DNA of 63,999 nucleotides, counting the filler, from Diploschistes diacapsis (Eukaryota), in assembly GCA_023645945.1 (NCBI GenBank). It is 5 parts of 5 records of this genome, joined end to end, with 100 filler letters (N's around TTAATTAATTAA, not from the genome) between each part and the next. Parts side by side here need not be neighbours in the genome. Positions count along the whole stretch, not along the records: positions 26,378 to 39,450 come from JALAIB010000691.1; positions 39,551 to 52,608 come from JALAIB010000692.1; 3 more parts are not named here. One strand, given 5' to 3'. Within the stretch, counting starts at the first letter, position 1. The number at the start of each line of letters is the position of its first letter. This document shows positions 37,790 to 50,448 of this stretch, one piece after another. The notes beneath the pieces were generated by a model. The model was not told where the DNA came from. It saw only the letters and a program-made list of their open reading frames with translations, and searched no databases. Position numbers and translations under genes: made by a program.

Positions 37790-39450
37790 GAGGGTGAAAA
37801 GGTCAGGGAAAAGCACAGTATGAGAAGCTTCAGGTTGAATTGACCGTGAGAATTTCGAATCCGAGAAGTTGTATGGAGATATCCAAAGCCGCCATTTCCC
37901 CGTTAGACCGCCTTATCTCCACTTCAACCACTCAAATTGCATGAAGCGAGCCCCAGGCGGGCAGGCGATATCAAAAACAATTTACAAACCAGACACCTCT
38001 TCCACCACTTTATGGCCATACAAGAGGCTTGAGGATGCTTCAGATCAAGTACAAACTGGGCCTGAACTACTTGAAGCTCTCCCCAGAGCTTTCGAAACTG
38101 TTCTATTATTCACCTGAACCAACTCTGAGCACCTGTTGCAGGCCTAAAGTAGCAAAATAGGCGGTTAGGTGTCCAAAGTCTTTGATATTGACTGGGCGGA
38201 TATAAACAACTGGTAAGCAGACGTTGCACATTTCTTTTATGAAAGCTTTGGCAGGAATTGTGAACTAGCTCTATCTATTCTTGAAGGTAGAGCTTCTCTG
38301 TTCTCCTGGTTCCAGTGCCAGTGACCGGACATGCAGTAGAGATTCCGACATCTTCAAGGGTTCTTGTTACATCTTGGGCATCTATTGAGTACCTGCCCAG
38401 ACATGATTAATCCCACCTGCCAAGTCCAAGGCTCCGACTCACAACGGACGCGTATTGCTATACCTTGATGTATTTTGCCAGCATGACCGGTCTACCTTTT
38501 TTGCCGTTCATAGTACCCATTTCAACCAGCCGAGTACAATCAAGAAATGCCGTTACAAACCCCCAACCTGTCCCAGTAGAGCAAAGCCATAGCGAGCCCG
38601 GAGGCTAGACGAACATGTCTCCACGTCTCCATGGCATTGAGCTCGACGTTAGCAACTCGCTCCCTCCCGCCTACGGCCACCACAATGTTATCAGAATGGA
38701 GCGAAGAAACCGCAGCACATCAGGGTGAATGCCGCCAATCTCCAACGTCCAGGCGACAAAGCTTATGGAAAAGGGAGAAGTCGAATCCAGTTCCAACGGG
38801 AAACTTTAGGATGTTATACATTTCCACTTCATCCAATTAATGCCCATCCAGGGTTGCATATATATATATATATATGAAATTTGGGAAAAGTACAACGACG
38901 CGAGGGCATACAGCGGGTGTAATCTGGGTGTAAAAGTATAGCGTAAGTTACCTAAAAATGTTTACTATCCTTTTTGCTCCCCCGTGACATTCGAACTCGA
39001 TCTAATCTTGAGCTCGAACCAGCTTCCAAAAACCTCATCATGAAGACTTATTACATAAAAGAGTTCGCAGCCAAAAAAAGTATACTTGAAAACAATTTTT
39101 AATTCCTTTTTTTTTTATATAAAAAAATCAAATAAAACCCATTCCAGAGCCCTTGCCTCCAAAGCCTGCTTGCAGCTGTAAATCGCCTTGCAGTTCTCGT
39201 CGGGGTCTGCTGCCTCTGGGAGAAAGCGCCAACAAGTTAAAGTCCCCTTGCCGCCTCTCTTCGGGGCCCGACAAGTCTGCTCACGAAAGGGACGACGGGG
39301 GAAAACAAGAGTGCCTCAGATGAAAGCTGCATGCGCTGCTTGCGAGTTCGTGGTGATAGGTTTTGCACAATAGCCTCCAAAGCGAGCCCACAATGACGCC
39401 CCTAACAGTAGTACACTTGCCCAGTTCAACCGAGCACGCAGACAACGCGG

Positions 39451-39550
39451 NNNNNNNNNNNNNNNNNNNNNNNNNNNNNNNNNNNNNNNNNNNNTTAATT
39501 AATTAANNNNNNNNNNNNNNNNNNNNNNNNNNNNNNNNNNNNNNNNNNNN
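39451..39550. other. Artificial contig-joining spacer
   Basis: 44 N + TTAATTAATTAA + 44 N. Confidence 0.99.
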
Positions 39551-40027
39551 GTTCGGGGTGATGAGATGGGCTGTTAATACTGGTGAATAAGTAGGTGGGA
39601 CTTTTTAAAGGTTGGGAGGGATGGGATGTGTATATGGTGTGCGTCTTTCTTTTTTCTGGGAGAAGATTAGGCGTTGCGGGCTAGCTGGAGGCGTTGGTGT
39701 ACATGTTTCGAAAGGATTGCGGGAGGCACAATATAATCAAACCGTGGGCGGCAGCAGCGAGCCGGCATTTTAGGAGTTATCTTCCACAGTTTAAAAGGCA
39801 ATGAGGCAACGGGGCATCTATAGGTGATACAACAGCCATACACACCATAACTGGCTCGTGCCGCCTGGGAACGGTATTTGCATTCAACCTTCTTGAGATA
39901 TCGGGGCCCTCCGCACGCTCTCGAGCGTCATCATCAGCCAATGTTAAGCCTCGCATCCCTCGCATCCCTCACGATCTCTTGTCTCCCGACAACAGTTGTA
40001 AACGCAATTCTCCCTTATCCCCCGTCT

Positions 40028-42512
40028 TCATCTCGCCCCCTGCGACGAACCCAGACTCCCCGACCCCCTCTGCCCCTTGCCCGCCATCAGAAGTTTCATC
40101 GTCCTGAACATCAACTCCTTCACCCCCTCCACGCCCCGAGCCGCCAGCCACTCCAGCACCTCAAGCCTGTACTCGCCCCATCCAGTCTTCACGCCTCCAT
40201 TCTGCCCCAGCTGCACCAGACTCCTTTGCGTCACGGGACCAGCGTGCCTTGCCGTCACCGTCGCGTCCCGCTGTTCGTCTCCGGTTCCAATCGCCCGGTC
40301 TTCGACAGCGCGGAACGCCGCGATCGACAGCGCCGCCAGCGCCGGGTGGTACGAGAGCGAGAACAAGCCCTGCAGAGGCTGGGGCGGGCCGAGGCTTTCC
40401 GTGTAGCGCTTCAGCGCCGGATAGGCGGATGGCGGCAGCAGACAGCCCAGGGCGTTGGTGTCGGTGGTGTTGAAGGCTCGGGACCGCCAGAGCAGGTTGC
40501 AGATATCCATGAGGAAGCCGTTGAATTCATTGACGTAGGGTCGTGGATAGTCTGGCCCGGCGCCCATGGCGTGCTGCTTGGCTATGCGGTGTTCGAAGCT
40601 GGCTTTGTAGGCTGACAGTGTGGCCGTCAGGGAGGAGAGGGTGAAGGCGGTGGGGGTGAGGAAGATGAGGAGATAGACTGTCTTGGGGGAGGGGGTGAGT
40701 ATACGGATCTGGGGGTGAGTGGGAGCATGGGAGATCGTGTGAGCGAGGGTAGAAAGGTGATGGAGGATGTGAGCTTGGCCGGTTGCGCTGGGATGGGTGG
40801 TCAGAATTTGGAGAGCGAGGGTCGACGTGTGGGAGACTAGAGGGTTCAGAGAGTTGTGGGTTGGGATATCAGAGATGGTGACGACGTGAGAGGTCCAGCT
40901 GCGTAGAAGTTGGGTGTAGAAGGATAGCAGGCTGGTAAGGGAGTCCTCTGAGTTGTCGAGGATAGCAGCTTCGAGTTTATCAAAGTATGCTTCCTGAAGG
41001 GCTTGGACCTGTCAGTTGGAGTCTTCGTCTGGATAGTATGAACCGACTTTCAAAAGGCTCAACCGGTAGAAAGGACAGCAAATTCAATATTATTGTTTTA
41101 TTGCTCTTGCCATTCCAACTTTCAAGGTACCTTCGCATGAATGCCCTGAACGAGGATGGCAGCTCCTGCTCCTGCTTAGCCTAGTCCACATCATAGGAGT
41201 GTTACTGACCTTCGTGTACGTGACATAGCTCAATAGCCCATTCAAAACATCCTGCATATTCTTACTTGCCTCCTCGCCGTCCTCCTCGGCTTGCAGCTGC
41301 GAATCAAGGAAAACGGCAAGCCAGTTATCTATGCGTCTCTGAATTACCTTGTCCTGCCTTGAGAAGAGGTATGTGCGCAGTAAGTGATCATCGAACGCTG
41401 CGACCAGTTGGCTAGGTGGCTCTATCATTTCGTATCTTTCTACCAGATCATTAATGCCACCGATATCCTCCAATGCAACAGCATGCTGTGCACGTTAGCT
41501 CCACTAATATACTAGCTAGTGCTCAGAATTACCTCCGGGAGTTTTTGAGCGTGGACTTGGGGCACAATGTCGAATCGTCTACGCTTGATGCCATCTCGAG
41601 CAACCCTAAAGGACGAAGTTTGGGAAGCTTGGTTTGCAGTGAGTGTAGTGCCGGAGTGTATTTCTCGTAGTCTATCTTGCCATTCGGGATCGGGATACTG
41701 GGTGAAGATTAGCCTTTATAAGGGCTTTCCCATCACTTCTGGACGGAAATCAATACCTCAAATCGAGATTTTCGCCCTTGTCCAAGAACAATCTCTGGGT
41801 AGAATTCCTTGTATATCTGTAGTAGCCCATTGAGGGCTTGATCGTTGCCCGCTCCACGATTCAACTCGAGACTAGTCGCATGAGCAACAAGCCAATATTT
41901 ATAACTGAGTATGTGTAACGCACAGCATCTGGATCCTATATGGCCTCACGTGTTTGCGACGCGTGAGTAGAGCGAGGATATGACACAGATATGGCCTGTA
42001 ATCTCAGCTTTGTGACTCTCGAACACCCTCCTGTCTTACCTGATGCTCAGCATATCTAGAAGGTTGAAAAGAACCGAGTAAAGACGTTGGAGCGTCGTTG
42101 CATCCTCCAGCACATCATCCACTAGAATGATCCATCTTAGTAGCAAACTCTGTGTTGCCGGCGAAGGCTTTTGCTCGCCCTGACCGAGAGACGCTACAAT
42201 GCTGCATATCAAGGCTGGAGGAACCTTTTCAGCTGGGAAGAGACTTTTCAGCAACGTAGTGATGCTTCCTTGATCGAGGTAGCTCGGCAGACGGAGGAGA
42301 TCTATAACCTTTGCAAGAGAATCGTTCCGCAAGCCATGCTGGTATGCATAGCTGCAGATGGAATTCACCAACGGGGAAATCTGTTGCGTCCGCGTCCTAG
42401 TTAACAGATTGGCCTCTATGTTCTCGACTTAGCATCGAGGATTGATCATTATTATAGAGGGAGTACCTTGAATGAGCAATTCTATTTCTTGCTCAACAGT
42501 GTTACCCACCAT
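40028..42512 (-). CDS. MIS6: Inner kinetochore subunit Mis6/CENP-I/Ctf3, multi-exon
   Basis: LDQGSITTLLKSLFP, SLGQG..KPSPATQSLLLRWII, LYSVLFNLLDMLSIR, LCHILALLTRRKHVRPYRIQ, IEPPSQLVA, FNGFLMDICNLLWRSRAF and FSLSYHP. ATG 42512. Confidence 0.88.
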
Positions 42513-42929
42513 ATCTCAACTATGTTTACATCATGAGCAACAGCACTCGTTTAGAAATGAGCTACTAGTTTAAAGCTGCAGGTTTTTACCTTATGCACGA
42601 GTATGCTGTGAGACGAGAATCGAACGTGTCGACAATTGATACCTGCCGGAAAGGATAGGTTTTCAAGACTCCCGTAGTACATGCAGAAATCGATTGCTAA
42701 TCCAGCACTGCAGTGCTTTACATACACAGTCCCAGATCCGACTTGCCACGACTATACACTTACTTTGAGTAAGATCCGCCTAAGTATGTAGTTAGGAAAT
42801 ACGGGCTAAGGAGGACTTCGATACCAGCTTCCAAGCGCTTCGAAGCATTTAGATATTCCCTTTTCACACATCCAACCAACACAGCAGCAGTCGTCTACAC
42901 ATACACTTCCGAAACACTTGACAAAACGA

Positions 42930-44428
42930 TCAGTCCTTGGTAGGCTCTTCAGGTTGTTTTGGTCGAAGTGACGTCTCCTGTTGCCGCCAGTCCAAGAACT
43001 CCTCCGACAAAATGTCACCGTGCCCCATTGAGGTCTCTTGGGTCACTTCAATAACTTGCGATTGATCCGCCCTCCGTATGCGCCAAACTCCCTCCGAATC
43101 AATCGTTGCTTTCAACCCTGCAGCAAGTCAGTTACGTTAGACAGATTGAAGTCGGCGCTCGTACATTCGAGGAAAGCAGCTGCGAAGTTGATGCAAAGGT
43201 TACCGTCCCAACTACCGTTGCCCTGTTTCTTCACGAAACCGGGAATATTCTTCGTCTCCAACTCCTCGATATGGTGCAGGATGCCGCGCCGTGTTCGAAA
43301 GCCTACAATGATCCGTGGAACCCCTAACAGGAAGGACTGTATCCAAAACTTCTGAAGCTTGCGCTCATACTTGAGCATGTCTTTGTCGTTTTCGATGCAC
43401 GCTGAGGTCTTCAGTTCAACCCAGTCGATCGGTTTATCCTTGTCTTCGGGCTTCTGGCCCCAAACTAGATTTCGTTAAAGGGGGTTATGTATGAGAGGTT
43501 CCTATTTATCTTACCCGCATCAACCTCTCCGCCAATAATCATCTTTACTGCTCCCATGCCAGTCCTCACGACCGAGCAATACTGGGCATGGTTGTCAACG
43601 ATCTGGTCCTCCCGACTTTCAATGTAGTCCCGGGAAGTTGCATCCCACATGCTAGGTATCAGTGACAACGTCTCGAATTTATATCCTGCTACACTTCAGA
43701 CATGAACCATATGGTAAGTTTTGCGAGCTCACCCCAATAGCTCATCATATCCTGGGAATGAGCTCCAGGTCGAGGCTTTTGCGCATGTTGCGTTGCTTTT
43801 GTCTTAAGCTTATATTCGTGGTTCTCTTCGATAAAGCTAGTCCATTAGTCAGGCGACAAGGCGTACTCTAAGTCCCAAACCTACATGGTTCCCTTGTCGG
43901 CCGGGTCAGCGAATATGGGGATAGTTCAGCACCAGTGATTAGCGCACTTGGAACAAGGTTGCATTCATCTCAAAGCTGTGGCAGGTTAGCAAGAGTGTCG
44001 TGTAATATTGAGAGAGATGGTCCCCTACCCGCCGCCAAAAAGGTTATCACCCGGCGTGGCCATTATCTTGGTGAGCATGCCACGCCAGGTGATAATGTCT
44101 GTTTCGCATTTTGTGCCCGTCTCCTTTTCTAGCTCAACGATGCGCTTGAGCAGGCTATTTAAATGATCGTCCTCCGTATCGTCCAGCCGCTTGAAGGTTT
44201 CGAATCCATTACAAAGATCTGCTCCTAGGCGTGGAGGGTAGTAGTAGCGCAACGAGCGGTCGTCGGTGTGGTACTGATGGTTGTCGTCGTATGAGAAGAA
44301 TGCAATTTCCTGTAGAGTTTGGATCAGCCCTTGTGGCAACGTAACTCCGAATGTCATGCCTTGGGCCTCTTGATTGCAGCGCTCTTTCCTTGGTATTGTA
44401 GGAGAGGTTGTGAGCTGAAAATGGGCAT
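42930..44428 (-). CDS. RAI1: Decapping/exoribonuclease cofactor Rai1 (DXO family), multi-exon with a GC-AG intron and an 8-nt micro-exon
   Basis: SAAIKRPK|EIAFFSYD, SLRYYYPP, ITWRGMLTKIM, FQ|GTI|FIEE, YWG|YKFETL, AQYCSVV, GGEVD, WVELKTS and KFWIQSFLLGVP.IIVGFR. Confidence 0.93.
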
Positions 44429-44755
44429 ACTGTAGAGAACAGACAAAGTATAGGAAATAGAAGCAGCAATTACAGCAATAGTATATTTCCAGCCCTATCC
44501 GATTATATCAGGCAGAGAATATTCAGATGGCAGAACTAGACGTAGAGGTAAGTGAATAATAAAAAGAAGCTCCCACAACGCTGCAACTCCCGCATCCCTG
44601 ACTCTCCGCCCTCTGAACCTCGCGGCCATATTTACACACCACCTCCTACAGCAGCTTATCAATTCTCTCATCATTATTCACAAACCTATATTCTCATACC
44701 TTTCCAGGAATATCATTATTCAGCTTTGTATTTTCCGTCCCGTCTGCCACGTCCA

Positions 44756-45307
44756 ATGGCCGACCGCCGACAGCACTCCATACGCCGCCAACTCTTCAGC
44801 TCATCCCTCTCGAGGCGCGGACCTACCGCAAATCCGGCCACGACTTCTTCCGCGGCGCCGCGGACACATATCGACACCCCTTTGGACGGCTCCGTCGACA
44901 CCTCGTCCTCTGACATCCTCGTGCGCAATGCAAATGGCGAGTACGCCGTGACGATACCCGGTCTGCCGCCTGCTACTGCAGATGCCGGAGGGGCGTCAGG
45001 GAGCGCGGCAGGAAGTGAAGAAGAGACGGCGGAATTGGAGGTGGAGAGTAGGTCTCGAGAGTACCATAAGAAGTGGACGCAGACACGAGTTGTTAACACT
45101 ATACGATAGAGAGGCTGGCAGAGCTGCTGGACAATCGCACGAGGCAGTCTACAGAGCAAGGTATGCCTTTCAGCAATGCTGTGAAAGAGAGTGTGGCTGA
45201 CGAATTTGGAAGAGCTTGTTGATGCGGTGCGTGCAAGTCTTCAGCGAAAAGTCGACGCGCTTGCCGAGGACAACTGGATATTTGAGGGTGATAGCAAAAA
45301 GACATGA
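44756..45307 (+). CDS. Small conserved fungal protein, 3 exons; C-terminus resembles the small APC/C subunits Apc9/APC16 (tentative)
   Basis: MADRRQHSIRRQLFSSSLSRR...DILVRNANGEY; introns at about 45048-45109 and 45162-45211; last exon ELVDAVRASLQRKVDALAEDNWIFEGDSKKT*. Confidence 0.6.
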
Positions 45308-45381
45308 ACATCATTAAGAATTCGTCTTTAGTGCATTCACATGATCTGGGTTGCCATGTACAACAGTGTAAAGCACGACTG

Positions 45382-46532
45382 CTAATCCAGTTCTGCCGCT
45401 GGCGGCTCCGAAGGCGCATCTACCCTCTTTGGCGTTTTCTTCGCTTTTCCCCCACCACCGCCGCCAAATAGCATGCTCCCCATCATGTCGAACAACGGAT
45501 TGCCCTGCCGCGGAATCTTAATATTAAAATACATCTCGCCAATCTGCGCCAGCGCGTCGTCCCAAATACCAACTTCCTTGATATGCGTTGCATAGTGTTT
45601 CGTTAAGCTTCGGAAGAGATCTGCGCTGCCTTTTGTTGCTGCGAGGAGAAGTAAAGAAAGAAAGTTTAGGAGAGGCAGAGAGGGGTAGACGCGAATGTCC
45701 GATTTCGAAGATGATACCTCCTGCGCGCTGAGGGACTGGTTATTAGCGCTGAGACGGGAGGTGAAGATGATGAAGGCCTTGTTTGCAGAACGTAGGTTGC
45801 GTGTGAGAAGATATGGGAAAACAGCTCGGGCAGCATACAGGGCCGCGGTGTGAGATTCGTCTTGCTTGTACCACTCGTACTCAAGGCGAATAAGTGACTC
45901 AGGCGAGTCTTTTGTGCCTAAGGCAAGGTGGCGCTCTGCATCGTAGGGCTCGCAGTCTGGATAGTGTATTAGTATTATCCCGCTCAGGTTTCGAAGGTTC
46001 CATACCCTCAGCGTATAGGGTCCCTGCTACATGATGCAGTTCTGGATCGCCATTCTCATACTCTCCAAACTTGGCCGTCCAGGCGGTGGCCTCGCTAATG
46101 AATTTCTTTTTGGTCGGCTCGTCTGGCGGGAAAGCGCGAAGAAGTGTGAATATCTTGCCTGCGCACTAGGTGTCAGCCATTCTCCCATTCTTTCATATCC
46201 ATCTCTACTTCTCCTTTCTCTCGTACCTTTCGACTCTGGTGTAACCACTACCTCCCCCTTGACCATCGTATCCACTAACAGCAAGCTCAAATCCCCTCCG
46301 CTGCCGCCTTGCCCCGCTTTAAGCAGCGACAAGCCACCATTGTACAGAACCTCGATTGCATCGTTCCAATTTTGCGCTTTAGTATGACGTGCAGAGACAA
46401 CGCGCAGTTGCTGATGAGCTTCGTAGAACTGTCCTTCGGCAATTCTAGAAACGACGTCAGTGACGGTAAATCTGTGGGAAGACATGCCAACTTTTGCTGC
46501 TGCCGGGCTATCGTCTTTGCGATCTTGGACAT
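45382..46532 (-). CDS. GET4: GET pathway factor Get4 (DUF410), multi-exon
   Basis: MSKIAKTIARQQQK|IAEGQFYEAHQQLR...GQGGSGGDL, YDAERHL.LGT, and LAQIGEMYFNIKIPRQGNPLFDMMGSM near the C-terminus. Confidence 0.9.
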
Positions 46533-46806
46533 TGTGCTGAGGACGCAAAGGTGAAGCAAAGGAAAGGTAAGGTATGGTTGTGAATAGAGTTCGGTAATCT
46601 CCCGTAGGAGTGTCTCAATAACGATGACAATTCTTGATCTAGAAGCTCAACTGAATACAGGAGTGTGCAATTGCGGGATAGATCCTGGAATGTTCTAATT
46701 GGTCGGCTTTACATCCGCGGATCCGTTTCCGAAGTCTAGAAAACTTGAGCGCTATTTAAACCATCTGTACCGGCGACACTTTGTAACAGCTCAACAGGTA
46801 GGCGAG

Positions 46807-48889
46807 ATGCTCCGTTTGAGAGCCTCAGTGCAAATGCGCTGGGCCCGTCTACCGCACTATCAATCTCGCTTCACACCAATTTCTCGGGGATTTGCTACGG
46901 CTGCGGATGGCATCAGGTATTTGGCTCTTCCTCCTAGTTTTGCTGCTCTCTAAAAAGCTTGTCAGGGCTTTCGATGTTGTTGTCATTGGAGGTGGTCATG
47001 CAGGTACAGAAGCTTCTGCTGCAGCTGCTCGCTCCGGGGCACATACAGCCCTCATCACACCCTCGCTCTCAAACCTCGGTGTTTGCTCCTGCAATCCCTC
47101 TTTCGGTGGCATTGGGAAGGGGACCATGCTGAGAGAGATTGACGCTCTGGATGGACTCTGTGGTCGTATTGTCGACAAAGCTGGTGTACAATTCAGGGTT
47201 CTCAACACAAAAAAAGGCCCTGCTGTTTGGGGTCCTAGGGCGCAGATAGACCGAACGCTCTACATGAAGGAAATGAAGGAAGAGATCCTCAACACCGAAA
47301 GCTTAAAGGTACTAGAAAGCAAGGTTGCCGACATTGTGACAAAGCGAGACGAAACGAACCCACAGCAGATAGTCACCGGCGTACGACTTGAATCAGGGGA
47401 ATTGATCGGCTGCAAAAAGGTGGTCATCACGACAGGAACATTCCTGGGTGGCGAGATCCACATAGGCTTAGACGTGTTCCCAAGCGGAAGGATGGGGGAA
47501 GCAGCGACTACTGCCCTCAGCTCCTCCTTGAAAGCTGCAGGATTCAAGCTCGGAAGATTAAAGACTGGAACACCTCCGCGGCTGGATCGCAAGTCTATTG
47601 ACTTCTCCGTAATGGAAGAGCAACAAGGGGATGAGCCACCTTCACCCTTCTCCTACTTACATGACGCGGTTGCTGTAAAGGACCAACTTTCCTGTTATAG
47701 CACGCACACAAACCAAGCATCCCACGCAATCATCAAGGCCAATCTCTCCAAGAGTATCCATATCCGGGAATCAGTGCAAGGGCCGCGATACTGCCCATCC
47801 CTCGAGTCCAAAGTTATCCGGTTTGCTGACAAGGACAGACACATCATTTGGCTTGAGCCTGAGGGATTCGAAACCGACGTGATTTACCCTAATGGCGTTT
47901 CGATGACGGTTCCTGCAGATGCTCAGGAGACCATGCTTAGAACCGTGGTTGGACTGGAGAACGTTACAATGCTTCAACCTGGGTATGGTGTAGAATACGA
48001 TTACGTTGACCCGCGAAACCTGCGCACGACATTGGAAACTAAGCTAATCTCTGGCTTGTATCTTGCGGGCCAAGTCAACGGCACGACAGGCTATGAAGAA
48101 GCTGCTGGACAAGGAATAGTAGCAGGCCTCAATGCGGGGCTTGCCTCTCAGAACAAGGAAGAAATGACGCTTAGTCGAAGCGACGGCTATATTGGAATCA
48201 TGATAGACGATCTCGTAACTAAGGGTGTCAGCGAACCCTATCGAATGTTCACATCACGCAGTGAATATCGCATGAGCGCTCGCGCCGACAACGCTGACCT
48301 TCGACTTACTGCCAAGGGTAGAGCAGCCGGCATCGTGGGCGACAAGCGATGGGACCACTTCTCGAACACTCTTTCCGATATGAGAGAGCTACAGACCTTG
48401 CTGGAATCGACAAAACTTAGCACGCCTGCGTGGATGGCTCAAGGATTCCAGCTACATCAAGATTCAAAGCGCAAATCTGCTTTCGAGCTCTTGCGCTTGA
48501 AAGGAGCGACAATAGACGCCTTTTGCACGCTTGTTCCGCAGATAACCAATTTCTCTGCTGCGACGAAGAAGCGGGTCGCCATTGAAGCTGTTTATGCCCC
48601 CTACGTGGAGCAGCAACGGAAAGCCATAGGCGTTTTCGAGCGGGATGAGCAGCTCATGTTGCCCACCGACCTCGACTATAATAGCATATTTGGGCTCAGT
48701 ACTGAAGAAAAGCGTATCTTGTGCCTTGTGCGGCCAGAAAGCGTTGGTATGGCTAGAAGGTGCGAGGGTATGACTCCGGCCGGCGCGCTCAGGCTTCTGC
48801 AATTCGTGCGAGGCAATAGTGAGAAAGAGAGGAAGCAAGCACTGTTCGAGACGACGACGGCAGCAAAAGAACAATATGCTAGTCTCTAG
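46807..48889 (+). CDS. MTO1: Mitochondrial tRNA U34 modification enzyme Mto1 (GidA/MnmG); intron 46917-46966
   Basis: Arg-rich presequence-like exon 1, then [69 protein letters not shown] and [13 protein letters not shown]. Confidence 0.96.
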
Positions 48890-50448
48890 TTAGCAGGGTC
48901 TCAATCTGCATATTGGCTCACGAACCCCAAGCTACAATCAGAAAACCTCGACGCTGTTGGATTACCATTTTTGCTTCGAGGGATACATTGGCCAGTATCA
49001 TCCGAGTTGCTGAACCAATGTTGCAAACAGCGGCAATCGAGAGAAGTGCACTTAAGAAATGGAGCTCTTCATAACTCGCAACAGTCGAGCTGTTGGAGTC
49101 TTCTTCAAGTCACAACGTTAGCAGTATCGAAACCAACAGCTTGCCAGCATGGAGATATCGCTCTTCCGTGTCCTTGACAAGGTTCTCTGGGGTTGAATGC
49201 AAGACCACCATTATCGAGTCACATGTGGTGGAGGCTGGAGATGCTGGTACTACGGAGCAAGCGGCCGAAAGTGCAGCACCGTCGCTACAGTGTTGTCGGT
49301 GAGGCCTAAAACATGCGACCATGTGGCACTTCAATCAACTCTATCTGTCGCTGTCAGGGCTCAGGCTGAGAAAGGGTTTATGACGAAGCAAGACGGTGAG
49401 CGGGCGCGGAACCGGGTAAGGCGAAGCTTACCATCTGGTCGGTCATACCGCATACCGCTGGGCTTTCCGTGGATACTTTTCCACGCTAGAGCCACATTAG
49501 CTTTGCGGTACATAATAGCGACCATCGGTAAGGCTGAGGATCCGGAGGATGGAGTCAGAACTATAGAATACAAGTGGCTCCTTTGCTATCCCAGCCAGGC
49601 AGGTGATTGTCAGCAAGGCGCGACCAGAAGGCTGCAATGTGAAAGGGCTGCAGGAGGGGCCCGGCACCTCTCGCGAAGCATAGAGGATCCGCAGTTGTTG
49701 TAGCTGCAGGTCATGATAGAACAGGAAGAACGCGGAATTGCTTTCTCCAGGCACACCGCCTGAGATCACAGTCGCGCGGTACGGAATCAAGGCAGGTGGC
49801 CGAGACATACCGCATTGGATTGGATGCTTGGAGGGGGGAAACAGTACGTCGAGTCTTGTCAGCAAGTCGAGCAAACTAAGTATAGCAGATTAAAGACTAG
49901 CAATGCCCTTTGGTTACGTATGGTATGACATGTCACACCGCGCACAACACAACACACACGGTGGGATAAGCAAAGTAGACTTTAGTTCAAGTCGTGGGCC
50001 TCACTCGCCCTACTTCTGCCTTATGCTAGGCACCACACCTCGCCTGGTCCGTATCTTGTCTCGTCATAATCCTGCCTTTTGCAGCATTTTTGCTTCATCA
50101 AGTCCAAAGCGTTTGGAGAGCACTATTGCTGCGCTTGTACATCTGGGATATTCGCCGTCAACAGGGTCGACAGGGTCGACAGCAGCCGTACGAACGATCC
50201 TCCTGCGCCACAGCAAGAGGGGCTCGGGCGTTTGTTGTTTCGGCGTGCGCACCTAATCCGCGACCATCCTTCATATACCACAGCACTGCAACGCTTTTTC
50301 TCTCCATCCTTGATTTGGAACTTTCCCGGTCCAAGGAAGCCCTGGTATATGTCTTGAGCTATTGCGGGAAAAAAAGGTGTTTCGATAAGAAAGGCCCGAG
50401 CGCGCATACACTTATCTTTTAAGTTCTCTTGTCGTTCGCCTACTAGCT

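Noticed and set aside
38868..39140. (TA)n tract and TA|CAGCGGGTGTAA...AAGTAT resembling a Tc1/impala-like terminus
   Set aside because: No inverted partner or transposase in the window and the similarity is too short.
48900..50440. ORFs of 70-170 aa between MTO1 and the Zn2Cys6 gene
   Set aside because: They overlap on both strands, lack motifs, and are most likely promoter or UTR sequence.
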